A stretch of DNA of 64,000 nt from Rhizodiscina lignyota (lineage: Eukaryota), in the NCBI GenBank assembly GCA_010015805.1, contig ML978132.1, positions 620,001-684,000 on the forward strand, written 5' to 3'. Made by a program: the position numbers and the translations under genes. A model generated the notes under the pieces. That model made no database searches. It worked only from the letters and a program-made list of their open reading frames with translations, and was not told where the DNA came from. This document shows positions 1 to 12,650 of this stretch, piece by piece (the first letter of the stretch is position 1; each line of letters begins with the position of its first letter).

Positions 1-1485
1 CCTTCTTCAGCTCGATGAGTGTGTCGTCATAGAACACGTGGTGATAGATAGCCAGGCGAAGCTCTGCTGGAAGCCGCAGCAACGGAGAAGGAATGGCTTG
101 GGAAGCTTCCGAATTGGTCGACGCTGTCTGGCTCGTCTCCGCTGCTGGATTTTGAGGCATTGTGGAAGGTTTGAAAGTTGTAAGACGAAAGAAAGTGGAT
201 GAAGTTGAGGTGAGCAAGTAGTCCTCAAGCATATGTATTTATAGTGTAACGTGTTAAGTTTAAGTTCCGAATCATGAATGCCAGCGGTAGGCAGCATCAA
301 GGCTTAACTTGAGTGTTGTGATGTCATTTGAAGAATTGGAGAACGCACCGGGTTACGCTCTGGAAGTAGAAGGGGAGGTATAGCTGCAGTCGCGGGTCTA
401 GTGCTTCGTTCTGTAGTTTGATAGAATCTTTCCTTCGAATGGGAGATTTCTTTTGTCTGTGTGATCGAGCAGACGTGGCTGCAATGTCACTGACGAAGCA
501 TCTTCTGGCGATTGCGCACTTGAGTCTGAAGGCTACTTTCCTTCGAGCTCGACGTTCTTCTGTCACTTAGACGACTGAGGTCCGAATACCTTATTGACTA
601 CCGTACTTGTCTCTCCCGTCGTGAAGGCAGCTAGGCCTGACTTGTTCGTTGTAGTCATGATATCTTCTGCCGTTGGCACGATGCCAGCTGAGTGCGTATT
701 CAATTGGAGTCGGAGTATCTACCAATAGTCGTATAAGTAAAATGCAGAGGCTGTGAAACTTGGAGCTGGATCAGCTTCGAACGGTAGTGAATAGTGACTG
801 AATGGCCGTAGATCCGAGCTAGACATCTTCTGTCGGTCCCGACTCCGCTATTCGAATACCTCGACAGCTAAGTCGGATTGAACTCCAAGGCCATGCTAAT
901 AAAGCCTAAGCACTGAATTGATTAGAGCCAGAAGTTCCCCCTTCGTTGCGAGGTGCTGATATGAAGCGAACGCTGGCGAGAGTTGGAGCGCGGTCGTTCG
1001 TAGTCAGACAACCCTCCGACCCAATATTGGTTAAATGTCGACTTCAACCCCATTTTCGAGAGTAATAGGTGATTACTGCCGGTTATGCAGTGAACCGGAT
1101 CCACGCAGGTGAGCGAGCACATTGTCTTTCATAGGTAACAGCTGCAACGTGTGAATAAGTTCCGGGTTCGTAGAGAGACGTACGCGTACGTAAGCACACC
1201 AAGTTGACAAGATCAAATATACAATCAGAAGTGTCAAACATCTTGCAGATTCTATGTTGAAGGGCTGATAACAAGAAATGTATCTAAGCGAATGTGTTTA
1301 TCGATGTAGGCTTGGCTGTGGAAAAACACTGCTCTCCAGATTTCAGATCATTCATCAAGCAGGGCGTTCATTTAATTTCGGATATCCACGGGGCTGTGCA
1401 GGCAACATTCTGACTTTTCTATATCTATTCTCTCAGTCTCCAGTAAGGCACGGGCGCAGACATTCTAAGTTTTCACTACAACACC

Positions 1486-2374
1486 TCAAATCCATATGTA
1501 TACCGCCGACACTGGGGAGCTGGGGCTCCACGTCGAGACGAATCCCCAGTCCCCCTCCTCCTCCTCGCCCACTGCCCAAAGCGCCACATGCTCCCCTTTC
1601 ATCCTTCCTTCCACGATCCTGCGCAGCTTCCCGAAGCAGTGCTCGACCCACTGCCCCGATCCAGGCCACTTCGCCGCATCCACGCAATGGTAGATGCTCC
1701 AATCTCCACTTGGCTCTACCCACTTCAGCCCTCTCGGCCTGAGGACCAAAAGAAGGTCCGAAACCTGGCACCGGATCTCTTGCCTGTCCGCCTCTTTCAT
1801 ATAAACGTCAAAGGACAAGTACAGCGTCTTCAACGCAGCGGGGAGCATCCTGGGAGATGGCGACGGGTTGTGCTCAAGCGACGTCACAGACACCATGTAC
1901 TCGACCCGTTGGATTCGATCGTAGTACGACCAGCGTCTCGCCTGGTCATTGTAGGTTTTGTTCCAGAAGTAGAAGATACACTCCTCGACCATCAACTGCA
2001 CCATCTCAGCGTAGAACTGTCGGCATGTTCGGAGCATCTCGAGATGGACGTCCCACGGATTGACGACACCGAGCGTCTGTCGGCGCTTCCAGAGTACTTC
2101 TCTCGCGACTGGCGGGTCGTCTTCGTCTCGAGGATATCTATACATGAAGCACAGGTACATGTCTGGCGGCAGGAGGTATCTGTAGACCTCAAATCGCAGC
2201 TCGAGTGGGAGTTTCAAGAAGAAATTCCTTCCGAGTTGATGTGTAGGCGCCGCTAGTGTTTGTAGGCCCACTGAGAGAGCAGTAAGGTGGTCCCATAATT
2301 GGCATAGCCATGAACTCACTTGTAGAAGAGTCGCACTTTTGCGGAACGAGGGAATTGGCTGCGAGAAAAGCCAT
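1486..2374 (-). CDS. Hypothetical protein with F-box-like motif (2 exons)
   Basis: ATG at 2374 and a GTGAGT donor at 2319; either of two nearby acceptors joins in frame to ORF 1486..2319. Contains FFLKLPLELRFEVYRYLL, the typical fungal F-box-like LPxElR..Iy..ll motif. Confidence 0.6.
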
Positions 2375-3903
2375 GTCTGAACAATGAATCTTTGGGCGGC
2401 GCCGGCGGCCGTAGAACAGTTGCTGAGAAAGATTGATCTAGGAGTGCTCGAGAATGAATGTGTCGCGATAATGGCAAGAAAGCGAATGTTGTGGAACGAC
2501 AGTTGAAGGAAAGACGGTCGTCAGGCGATGATTCTTGAAGGATGATCGTCAGAGGACGATTCGTGAAAGTGTAGGTGTGCAGAGATAAGAGATAAGGCAA
2601 AAATTTTCGTCGCGACGACGGACCGAGGAGTGTGTTGCTGCTGTGCAATAGTCTGGTGTGTTTATGGCCGCTCTTTTAGACCCTCCGAGGCCCATCGAAT
2701 GGGCTAGTTAACACAACGGTTGAGTTTTCCTATGTCACCCATGGCATGGCAAGATCAAGGCTGGTTGACTGTTGCTCCGGCGACGAGTACCAGAAACAAC
2801 CGCCAGTTAGACTCGTCTTGTCTCCATTCATGCCAGAACATCATCCCGCTGACCCGTGCAACTCTTTCACGCCGTCAATTGCGTGTTCCGTAAGATTGCC
2901 CTCCCACATAGCAGTCTCTCTTCATTGACTTTACAGCACAAAAGGATCAGTCTTCGTATATAGCGCCCTATCGATCCGCCAATAGTTAACCATTGTTGAA
3001 GCGCAAACTTGTGGCGGCTTCGAAGATTGGATCCCAGAGACGCTCTGCGACAGAGTGAGGAAGAACAGTGACACCATTGACGGCGTCGGCAATGGACAAC
3101 ACTTCTACGCTTGGATCCACACTGGGAATGATACCAGAAAGAAAAGCATTTAAAGCAGGAGAGAATGCCCGTGACCGGTATAGACCAGATCCTGGACTTC
3201 CAACACTGCACAGCGTAAAGGTCGGCGGCCAGGGCGAAAAAGGGGCACGATTTCGCGCGAGTCGGCGATATCAGAAATCTTCAGACCTTTCAATCGTCTT
3301 CTTCCTAAAGAAGCCTATTGTTAATCTTTGGCAATAAGCAAGTCATTTGCAACAGCATTCCCCAGTTCTTTTCTCAGCTAATCAAAAGTGATAGGAGGTG
3401 TATAGGATCAAAGCATGCGATTTGATCTTCTCGCACGACTTAGCTGTAATGGGCTTTGTCAAAGTCGAAATGAAGTCCTGCTGCATCAGCAGTGGAGATC
3501 AGGGGCTCTGCTGATAAATGAAATAGAAATAGAATAATACCTTTACAGAATCGGAACTTACTCGAAGCTGAAGGGCTGTCCAGTATGCCTGAGAGTCTTT
3601 GTTGCAACAGAGATTGCCAACTCCGAGCAAAAGCATTAGATCCTGGACTCGGGGTGTAACAGAGTGTCCTATGCGCGGTCGCCTAGCCTTGTGGTTCCAG
3701 ATTTCCCACCTTTGATCTTATTGTAGACATAGATAGCGACTGCGGCCGAATATCCTGTTCAACGGTCGTCCTTCACGTTGCTCGGGGAGATTCCCATCGC
3801 ATGCAAATGCGCCGCACGTATCTTCATCGCTTTGCCCAAGTACGGACGTAAACGTGACCTCCAATAAGAGATGCTCGCCGGTCTAACGGCCTTCGAGGAT
3901 AGC

Positions 3904-4741
3904 CTATTTCTGCAGGGCGGATGTGGCATGCATTAGCTCTGACTCCTGGGGTTGGAAGGCTCTCTGTCCTTGAAGTGCTGGAGTAGTCAGCTGGATGGTC
4001 AGTACGGAAGCCCGGTGCAGTGGTGGAGACTTGGGCATTGACTCCAAACTCTCAAGCGTCAGTGGAAAGATGATTCTCGCATCATGAACGAAAAAGTGGG
4101 CGCTGTTCACATTTCAAATGCGCGAATACGCGCGCTTTCGTCCGTACGGTGGAGGATGAAGGAGAGCAGATTTCGTCATGTTGAATGTTGAAGGGACGGA
4201 GTTATCATTAATCATCTGTAAAATCCTGCTGGAACTAGCGGACGCCATGGAAAGCCGAAGCGCTAACCCGTCCCAGTATCTCAACCCTGGAGAGCGCGTC
4301 TGCTTGTACCGGTTGGTGTCGTGCTTTGTCAGAACAGACGCCAAGTGCTTATTGAGCAGCACTTTGGTGACTCTCCAGATTCCAGCTGTGACGCCATACC
4401 CAAAGCCGTACAATCCACCCTCTTGCTCAGGCAATTGGCCAATCTGTCCGCCCGCACGCACCTTGTAGCCAATGGAGTCATGAGAGTTGCCAAAGCCCGA
4501 CGTGGAGACATGCTTTTGCACTCCATCTGCGACGTTAAGCTCCATTACTCACTGCAGCGCCACCATCTCTGCAGTGGGACCCTGGCTCCCTTTGCTTTCG
4601 CGTAACTCGCCACTTTGAAGACGGACTGACTGCAAGAGCGCTGACCGTGCTGGACGCCGCCTGTAATGCGGATTTAAATGAGACGGGCCACTGGGCCGCT
4701 GTAAGGCTGCTGAAGATATATATCATCGTTGGAGCCTCCAA
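3904..4741 (-). pseudogene. Probable ankyrin-repeat gene relic
   Basis: Ankyrin-like fragments fall in different frames, with stops and frameshifts between them: FKSALQAAS, ANCLSKRVDCTALGMASQ and RVTKVLLNKHLASV. Confidence 0.35.
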
Positions 4742-4912
4742 GCTTCTTGTCCCAATTCCTCAATTGCGCTAACAACAGCTGTCTGTGTCTCGCTCTCCAG
4801 CTCCAAGGGATACCATATTGCCCGATTGAGCGTCCAGCCTCACCCTCACCTTTCATCCCGCTCAGCCTTACAACACTAATTCTCTTCAATTCTCCCCATC
4901 GTCACTAACCAA

Positions 4913-6935
4913 ATGGCAAACGCTCTCCTGCGAGACTCGCCCTTTGGGCAGCTCGTTCGGTACGCAACCAACAAGCGCTTGTTCAAATATCCTGAAGAGG
5001 AAGAGGGTTGGGAATGCCCCAACACGTACAGCAAGCCAGACGCGCTAGAGGAGAAATTGGCAGAAGCAAATGCGGCAAACGAAGCTTCTGCGAGTGAAGA
5101 CCCTGTATATCCAGACCCCGAATCGCGATTGGAGGAGGTCGAAACACATCCCGTCGAAGAAGAAGAGAAGCGAGAGCCCGCCGAGGACGCTGAGAGGGAG
5201 TCATCACAAGGCGATTTGCCAGCCGACCTCGACAAGATTCCCACGCACAAGGACAAAGACTATGGCCACACAGGGACTCCCCATTCCTCTCACCTGGATC
5301 ACTTGGAGGGCATCCACTCCGCCAAAACACAGCAAAGTGGCCTCTCACGAGTCGGCACTCGTGGCGCATTACAGAAATCCATCACCCGAGCAGACCTCGA
5401 GCAGCAATTCACGCTCGCGAGTATGGAGCGTGGCCCTAGCATGCCAGTGATTCCGGAGAAGCTCGACGACGGCACGATTCTAGTCGATTGGTACACGACA
5501 GACGACCCAGAGAATCCCCAAAACTGGTCTCTGGGCAAGAAAGCAGTCGTCAGTACACAAATTTACCTCTACACCCTCGCCGTCTACATGGGCTCCGCCA
5601 TCTACGCGCCCTCTGAACTCGGTATCGTGGTACAATTTGGCGTATCCCAACAAGTGGCTGCGCTCGGTCTCTCCATGTACGTCCTCGCTTATGGCATTGG
5701 TCCTATGCTCTGGTCGCCCATCTCAGAAATGCCACTTGTCGGCCGTAACCCGCCATACATGATCACGTACGCATTATTCGTGATCCTGCTTGTGCCGACC
5801 GCGCTTGTCGAGAACATGCCAGGTCTCGCCGTCCTGCGCTTCCTGCTTGGCTTCTTTGGGAGCCCGTGTCTCGCGACTGGCGGTGCTAGCTTGCAGGACA
5901 TGTTCTCGCTCATCAAGCTACCGTATGTGCTCTCTCTTTGGGCATTCGCTGCAACCTGCGGCCCCTCGCTCGGTCCCATCATCTCTGGCTTCTCTGTCGT
6001 GGCCGAGAACTGGCGCTGGTCTCAGTGGGAGCTCTTGTGGCTCGCTGGACCAATCTGGATCTCCATGTTCTTCTTGCTTCCCGAGACATCCTCCTCCAAC
6101 ATCCTGCTCCGCCGCGCTCGTCGTCTGCGTGCCCTTACCGGTGACAACCGCTTGAAGAGTCAGTCCGAGATCGACCAAGGCAACTTGAAGCTCAGCGCAC
6201 TTATCGAAGAGTCGCTCTGGCGCCCGATCCAGATGATGTTCCTCGATCCAGCAGTCGCGTTCACTGCTGTCTACACCGCTCTCATCTACGGCATCTACTA
6301 CTCTTTCTTCGAGGCCTTCCCCATCGTGTACATCGAAATGTACGGTTTCAACATTGGCGAGCAGGGCCTTACGTTCCTGTCCATCACTGTCGGTGTTCTC
6401 ATCTCCATCAGTACATACTGGGCGTACGTGTACTGGATTGTTGAGCCTGAGATCAGGACGAGGGGTATTGGTGCGCCGGAGCGCAGGCTTATTCCAGCAC
6501 TGTTCGTGTCGTTCCTGTGTCCCATCGGATTGTTCATCTTCGGTAAGTCTTAAAATCCAATCATGTTAATAGACGAGCAAGTAGCTAACGATAGCAATAG
6601 CATGGGCATCCAACCCTTCCGTCCACTGGATCGGCAGCGTCATCGGCATCGTCGTCTTCACCATCGGCATCTTCCTCATCATCCAGTGCATCTTCCTCTA
6701 CCTTCCACTTACGTACCCGCAATACGCCGCATCGCTCTTCGCCGGAAACGACTTTGCGCGCTCTACGCTCGCTTGCGGCGCGATCCACTTCTCCACACCA
6801 TTGTACCGCAACTTGGGCGTCGGTAGGGGCGTCTCGCTCCTAGCTGGTCTGACTTGTGGGTGTATCTTTGGTGTGTTTGTGCTGTTCTTCTACGGTGACA
6901 AGTTGAGGGCGAGGTCGAAGTTCGCTGCAAAGTAA
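4913..6935 (+). CDS. MFS multidrug:H+ antiporter, DHA1 family (Flr1/Caf5/Mdr1-like)
   Basis: Motifs VDWYTTDDPENPQNWS, WSPISEMPLVGRNPPY, LPETS and PERRL, with multiple TM helices. One intron 6542-6600 (GTAAGT..GCTAAC..TAG); stop TAA at 6933-6935. Confidence 0.93.
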
Positions 6936-7695
6936 GCTGGCTGGGGCTGACAGTGCAGCTATCAATGATGTTGTTTGGTGATTACCCGGCGTCTCATGGA
7001 GGCAATGCATCCTTGATTATTCAGTGGCGCTGGGGCATGAGTTATGACTTCGATGATACCAGACCTTTTGTCTATGAGCGACTTGGTTGGATTAATAATT
7101 GTAATAGATGAGCGTCTGTAGCGGTACTTTTTGGCATTTGACGAATAAAAGCAAGCGTATCTGACAACGAGCAATCTGCTTTTGCATGACTTCCACTTGA
7201 ACGATACCAAGTCATGAAGTATAACTTCTTCCATCCATGTGTCACGATAAGAGATCGGTGCATTAAAGCATGTTGTCTGCGAGTTTCTGCTTGGTCGTCC
7301 ACTACTAATGCAGATATATGGACAGCAGGAGAGCCTTCTGTACACTGCCACCCCTAACATCCAAACAGATTTCCGAGGAGGGAGTGAACATCCTTCTAGT
7401 CCTTGGTCATAAAGGTGGAGTATGCATTTAAGCATAGGATATACGTTCTTCTGCATACCGGTCACTATGATGGAATAGTCGGCAAGTCAGGAAATGGACG
7501 TTCTTCTGTATGCCGAGTATGGTGGAGTTGCTGCGATCACGATGTAGGCGTGGATTCATATGAGGTTTTAGCGCTCCTCGCATTGCTTTTCGTAATGTAC
7601 ACTCAGTCCCGTAGCCACGGGTTCAGCAAAGTCCGATCAAGCTCCACCTTTAGCACCGCCGCCATGCAAATTCCATACCATCCCCAGAAGCCAAT

Positions 7696-8405
7696 CTACT
7701 GCTCCGGATTAACAGGAGTGACGTCGTCGCCCTCGTACATCCACGCGTCCTCGTCCAGCGACGCGGCCTTGGCTTGCAGACTCGCCTGCAGCGTTGCCTT
7801 GAGTTCTGGCATTGGCTTCTCGTCAGCATGTTCCTGCTTCTGAGTATCCCTCTTACCCGGGCCGGGCACCCAACGCCGTTGGGGTGAATCGTAGGCGATC
7901 CAACCCCGCTCAATCCAAGAGCGTGGTGGGAGCTGTTGGCCACTGACCGTCTGGTTGAATCTGCTGGTGGTGCCTTCGATACGTCTCGATGAGCCTGTTC
8001 TCCATCTCTGCACGTAATCAATATTGCAAGCAAAGTATAGGCGAAGAGGGAGTACTAACCGCGCTCGTCCCTGGCCTCATCACGCGGCAACGGCGTCATG
8101 GTGGGCATGTCGAGTCTGAAGTCGCCATGCTCGTCGCGGATGATGATGTCGTCGTCTGCGGGGAGGTTCGTGGACTGGGAGCCTGCATGCGCTCCGAACC
8201 CGTGCGTTGGCGACGAGACGGACAGTGAGGAGGAAGCCGCGGGTGGGCGACGGGTCATGCTGCCGTGGAGATATGGAGGCTGGCTGCGTCGAGGCGCTTG
8301 GAGATTTGAACCCGCGGGCGCAGCCGAGGTCGAAGGAGCGGATTGATTTGAAGCAGCAGATGGATTCGAAGTCGACGTTGAGCGTGCAGGGGCGCGTGAA
8401 GCCAT
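7696..8405 (-). CDS. Hypothetical protein (about 3 exons), Ser/Pro-rich N-terminus, C-terminal LDEDAWMYE motif
   Basis: ORFs 8055..8405 and 7696..8013 can be joined through GT-AG introns. Composition is coding-like and the gene is divergent from RAI1. Confidence 0.55.
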
Positions 8406-8745
8406 TGTCGCTGCAGTTGGGGTGGGAATGGAGAAGGGTGGGAGTGGTTCTCGTTGAGCGAATCTAAAAGGTTGTGCGCAGGCTTCTTTCTGCCTTCGGC
8501 GATTAATTCCCCCGGCAACAATGGAGTGTTAGGGTTTGAGTGCTGGAGAGAAGTGCACGTGGGCGAGGCTAAAAACGGCAGTATCAAAACGCGCTAGGGA
8601 GTCGCGTGCGCGTGCGCGTTGGTGTTGCGGCTCTTGCCGAATCCCCCACGTTCGAGCTATAACTTTCTCCAAGCTCTCTTCCAACACCGCAAACTTCATA
8701 ACATGAACATACCTCTGCGTGCCATACCAGAAGCTGCTCCAAGCT

Positions 8746-10469
8746 ATGGCGTCTCCAACCATGTTCAACATACAACCGCTCAATAGATTCGCTGGGTATT
8801 AGTGTCCCTCATGAGTGAATGCGACCGTTAGCTAACACCGGGCAATATAGCAAAGCTGCTGCAATCAAGAGACCGAGGGTAAGCTGAGATACCAGAGAAC
8901 CACGAGTGTGAGCCTGACTGATAATGTAATAGGAAATCGCCTGCTTCTCGTATGACGAAAACCATCAATTGCACTTAGATGCCTCCTCTCTGAAGTACTA
9001 CTATCCTCCCAGGTTACCCGCCGATCTCTCCGCTGGTTATGAGAACTTCAGGAACGTGGAGGCTGCCAAGCCTCCAGATGAGCATCTCATTGCTCTGCTG
9101 GCTACAATAAAGAATCTGGAGGAGAAGGAAGGCAAGAAGCTCGAGGTGGATATCGTAACTTGGCGTGGCATGATGACGAAGGTACGCAGCCTTGAGACAT
9201 GTTTCTGGCCAGTGTAGCGCTAACCCGTAGTCTAATAAGATCATGACCGCCCCTTTCGATCGGTTCAATAGGTGTGAATGCACATATTCACCTTTGCTAT
9301 TCTTGGCTGACCCGTGCTTAGCTGCGAAATGAATGCTACACTCTACGATGTACGCAACTCTTAGATAATCTGCCTGGCTTTATTGATGTACTGACGTGTA
9401 TAAAGGGAACGATGTAAGTGGCCGTTCTTCTCTACCGAGCAGACGCCCAAGTCTCTTTCTCTATATCTCGGCGGACCATGCCTTTCGCTCTACCAACGAC
9501 TCCACCGCGCGCGTCTCGATAAGTGGATGCTCGTCTAACTTTGGATGGAGTCTCTTCTTCATACACGTGCAATAGCGGAAACTTACGATTGTGTGATATA
9601 CTAGATTCATCGAAGAAGACCGCCAAACTAGGGTCGAGAACGAAGAGAGCCAAAAGCGGAATCTCCGCCATGGAGTGCAACCGGCCTCCTTTGAGATGAT
9701 GTCATACTGGGGTGAGGTTCGAGCGCAGTCTTAAACCCTGTGCCTACCTGCTAAATCTCACATTGTAGGATACAAATTCGAGACCCTCTGCGTGATACCG
9801 GACACCTGGGACAACGTGTCGCGGGAGCAGATCGAGAATCGACCGAATGAGCAAGTAAGCAACTATGCTCAGTACTGCTCTGTCGTCAGGACCGGTATGG
9901 GCGGTACTTCGTTGATTCTCGGCGGCGAAGTCGATGCTATCTGGGACCAGAAGCCTGATGACCCGGATGCCCCTATCAACTGGGTAGAGCTGAAGACCAA
10001 TGAAGAACCATACGATCAAAGAAGCCTAGAGAAATTCCACCGCAAGTTACTGAAGCACTGGGCTCAATCTTTCCTCCTTGGTGTACCCAAGATCATCGTT
10101 GGCTTCCGCCGGCGCAACATCTTGCAGCACCTAGAGGAGATAGACGTGATGAGCATGCCGGGGAAGTCTAAGCAGTTTAGCCAGCCGGGAGAATGGGATG
10201 GCAACACATGCATCAACTTTGCGGCGGCGTTTCTCGAGTGTAAGATTCAACTAAACCCGTCACATTTTCGCATAAACTAATAGCGGTATACAGTCCTCAA
10301 GAAGACCATCACAAGCGAAGGCACGTGGAGGATCTCGCGCAAGGAGCGTGATGGCACCATCACGGTATACAAGACCTCTGACAAAGGTCACGGCGACATC
10401 CTATCGCCGGAATTTGTTGCTTGGCGACAGACGCTTCACGCGCAAGAAGCGGCCAAGATGCTGGCTTGA
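8746..10469 (+). CDS. RAI1: RAI1/DXO decapping nuclease (Rat1-interacting)
   Basis: Spliced product has KRPREIACFSYD, IVTWRGMMTKIM, NATLYDGTIFIEE, YWGYKFE, GGEVDA, WVELKT and WAQSFLLGVPKIIVGFR. About 8 introns, including an 8-nt microexon at 9406-9413. Confidence 0.93.
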
Positions 10470-11409
10470 GGGTGCTCACGCCACGAGCATTAACCCTCAA
10501 ACACATATACAACTGATGCTCGGGCATCAGTACATTCTGGCAGATTAGAGTCCGGCCTGCGGCGCTGCGCAGCATCCAATAAGTGTAAGTCCTACCCTCT
10601 AAACGCCACAGCGATATAGAACTGACGTCAATCAAGGTGTTTAGCATCAGCGATGCGCCCTTTCGGGCTTCAACTTGGGCATTGGATGTAGCGCCAGTAG
10701 ATAGACCAGAATGCCAATATCAAGGCCGGGCGTGGCCGATGAGTCCGCTCCAATCATCTGCCAGCGTACTTTTAGTGCACTTCTCCCTCGTTTTAAAGTG
10801 CAAGTCTGCCGTGTCCGATGGCCCTGCGGCTCCTCCAGCTGCAAGGAACGTAAAAGCTTCTGCACCGTGATGTACCATCGCTCTGGTCTACCGCAACGAT
10901 CGACTGTACGGCCGGCAAGGCGAGCATGTGAGGCGTCTGAGACAGCTCCGTGGGTAAGAAAAGTTCCGAGCGGTGCCGGTAGACCACGCATAGCAGTCTG
11001 GTAAATCTCTCGTGCGTCCATGACATCGACCGACTCGAAAGGGCCCCCATCCAGCGGAATTACGCGCACGAGCGTCTTCCAGAACGTAATGGAACTGCGG
11101 GGAATTACCACATTACCATGCAGACCTCAGAACCAGAAGACTGGCCCGGCATATCCGCATCTTATTCTGCTCCCCCGTGGACCATGGCACACCGGCTCGC
11201 CGTGTGCAGCGAGGGAGGAGGTACCTAGGTACCTTCGCCCGTCTCAGGGGTAGGCCTTGCTGCGCGCGGCCCTCCTGCGTGAAACGAGATGCAATGCGTG
11301 CGAAATCTGATACAGCGCCGGACAGGCCCGAATGGGCATTCTGCATGCCGGGGTGGAGGGAGAGCCGGGGATGGTAGGAAAGCCGGTTGCGGCTTTTAGG
11401 ACGCTGGAC

Positions 11410-12650
11410 GGGCTGTGAGGTAAGGGCCGAAGGCTAATAGAAGTGTGTAAGGTTTTCGACGGGCTGCTTCTGTTTCATACACACCGAAGAGCGTGTAATC
11501 TAGCTTTCAGAGATGCTCTTAGTTGGCTTGAAGAGCGAGAGCTGCTTGCCTTTGGAGGTTACAGCTAGTCCGGCGGCCTCTGGTGTACAGCCTCTATATC
11601 TGGTAAAGGGATGTGAGGTTCTCAACAGTATACTACTACTTCATACACTCCGAAGAGTGTATAATCAAGCCCTGAGGATTGCTCTCGCTGGCTTTGAATT
11701 CCAAAAGCAGCTTTGCGCTTGAGCGTATCGGGTTATCCGGCGGCTCTGGCTCTTCTATATCTGATATTGTACAGCGGACCAGTTTTCCAACTGTGTTGCT
11801 ATTGTCACATAAACTCCAACGAGCGTAGGATGAAACTTTTAGAAATACTCCAGTTTGCTCCGAAGAGCAAGAGCCGCTCGCTATTAGGCGTTACGGACTG
11901 GTAAGTCCGTCTGCTATTCTGTCACCCTTGGGCTTTGATAACATGCAAATTGTCCAACAGTGTGCTATCGTTAACTACGCTCCAGCACACATAGAAGCGA
12001 GCTTTCAGAGCCGCTCTCACTCCCCTCGAAGTGCAAGAGATAGTAAGAATTACCCGTTCTTGCTCGCCCGCCGGCGAACTCTTTCGTCATCCCCAAGGGG
12101 CACAGAACGAGATGCCGCTGCAAGGTGAGCACATGGCGATGAGACGAGGCGGGACGATCATACAACGCCCGCCCCATTCGGGCGATTGTTCTCTGCCTTC
12201 CACGAGCAGGGTTAGGCTTACCAAGAGGATGGATACGATGCCCCGTTTTTGGAGCGTGATGGGGTCGCGCTTGTGGCCGTGAGTTGTGCGCGGTGCACGC
12301 GATAGACGGCTTGATACTCCGTGTTGCCTTTGAGGCGTTGGGAGAAGGCCGTGTGGACTCGAGTCGCGTTGCCTGTGATACGAAGCACATGTATATGTGC
12401 TGGGCGTTATAGGGCGCAGAGACGGTGATGGAGTTGTTGGACAAAGCTTTCAAGGCGCTGGGCGGTGATGGTGTACAGGCTCGTGCTTGACGAAGTGTAC
12501 ACGTTTGTTCATAGTTTCGCTATTATCGTATACACCCCGGAGAGCGCGGAACTAAGCTTTCAGAGATGCTCTCGATGGCTTTAGGGTGTAAGAGCTGGCT
12601 TGCTCCGGGGCGTTACAGCTTGCCTGGCCGCCAGATATCCTGTCACCCTT
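11410..12650. repeat. Diverged tandem repeat with a 166-bp period (4 tandem units plus 1 displaced copy)
   Basis: Homologous unit starts at 11476 (catacacacc), 11642 (catacactcc), 11808 (cataaactcc) and 11974 (actacgctcc). agctttcagag sits at offset +26 in units 1 and 4 and in the copy starting at 12529. Confidence 0.8.

Noticed and set aside
1178..1191. 14-bp palindrome ACGTACGCGTACGT
   Set aside because: Isolated; a few palindromes of this length are expected by chance in 64 kb.
11410..12650. CRISPR-like interpretation of the array
   Set aside because: Eukaryotic context, homology extends along the unit rather than repeat plus unique spacer, and there are no cas genes.
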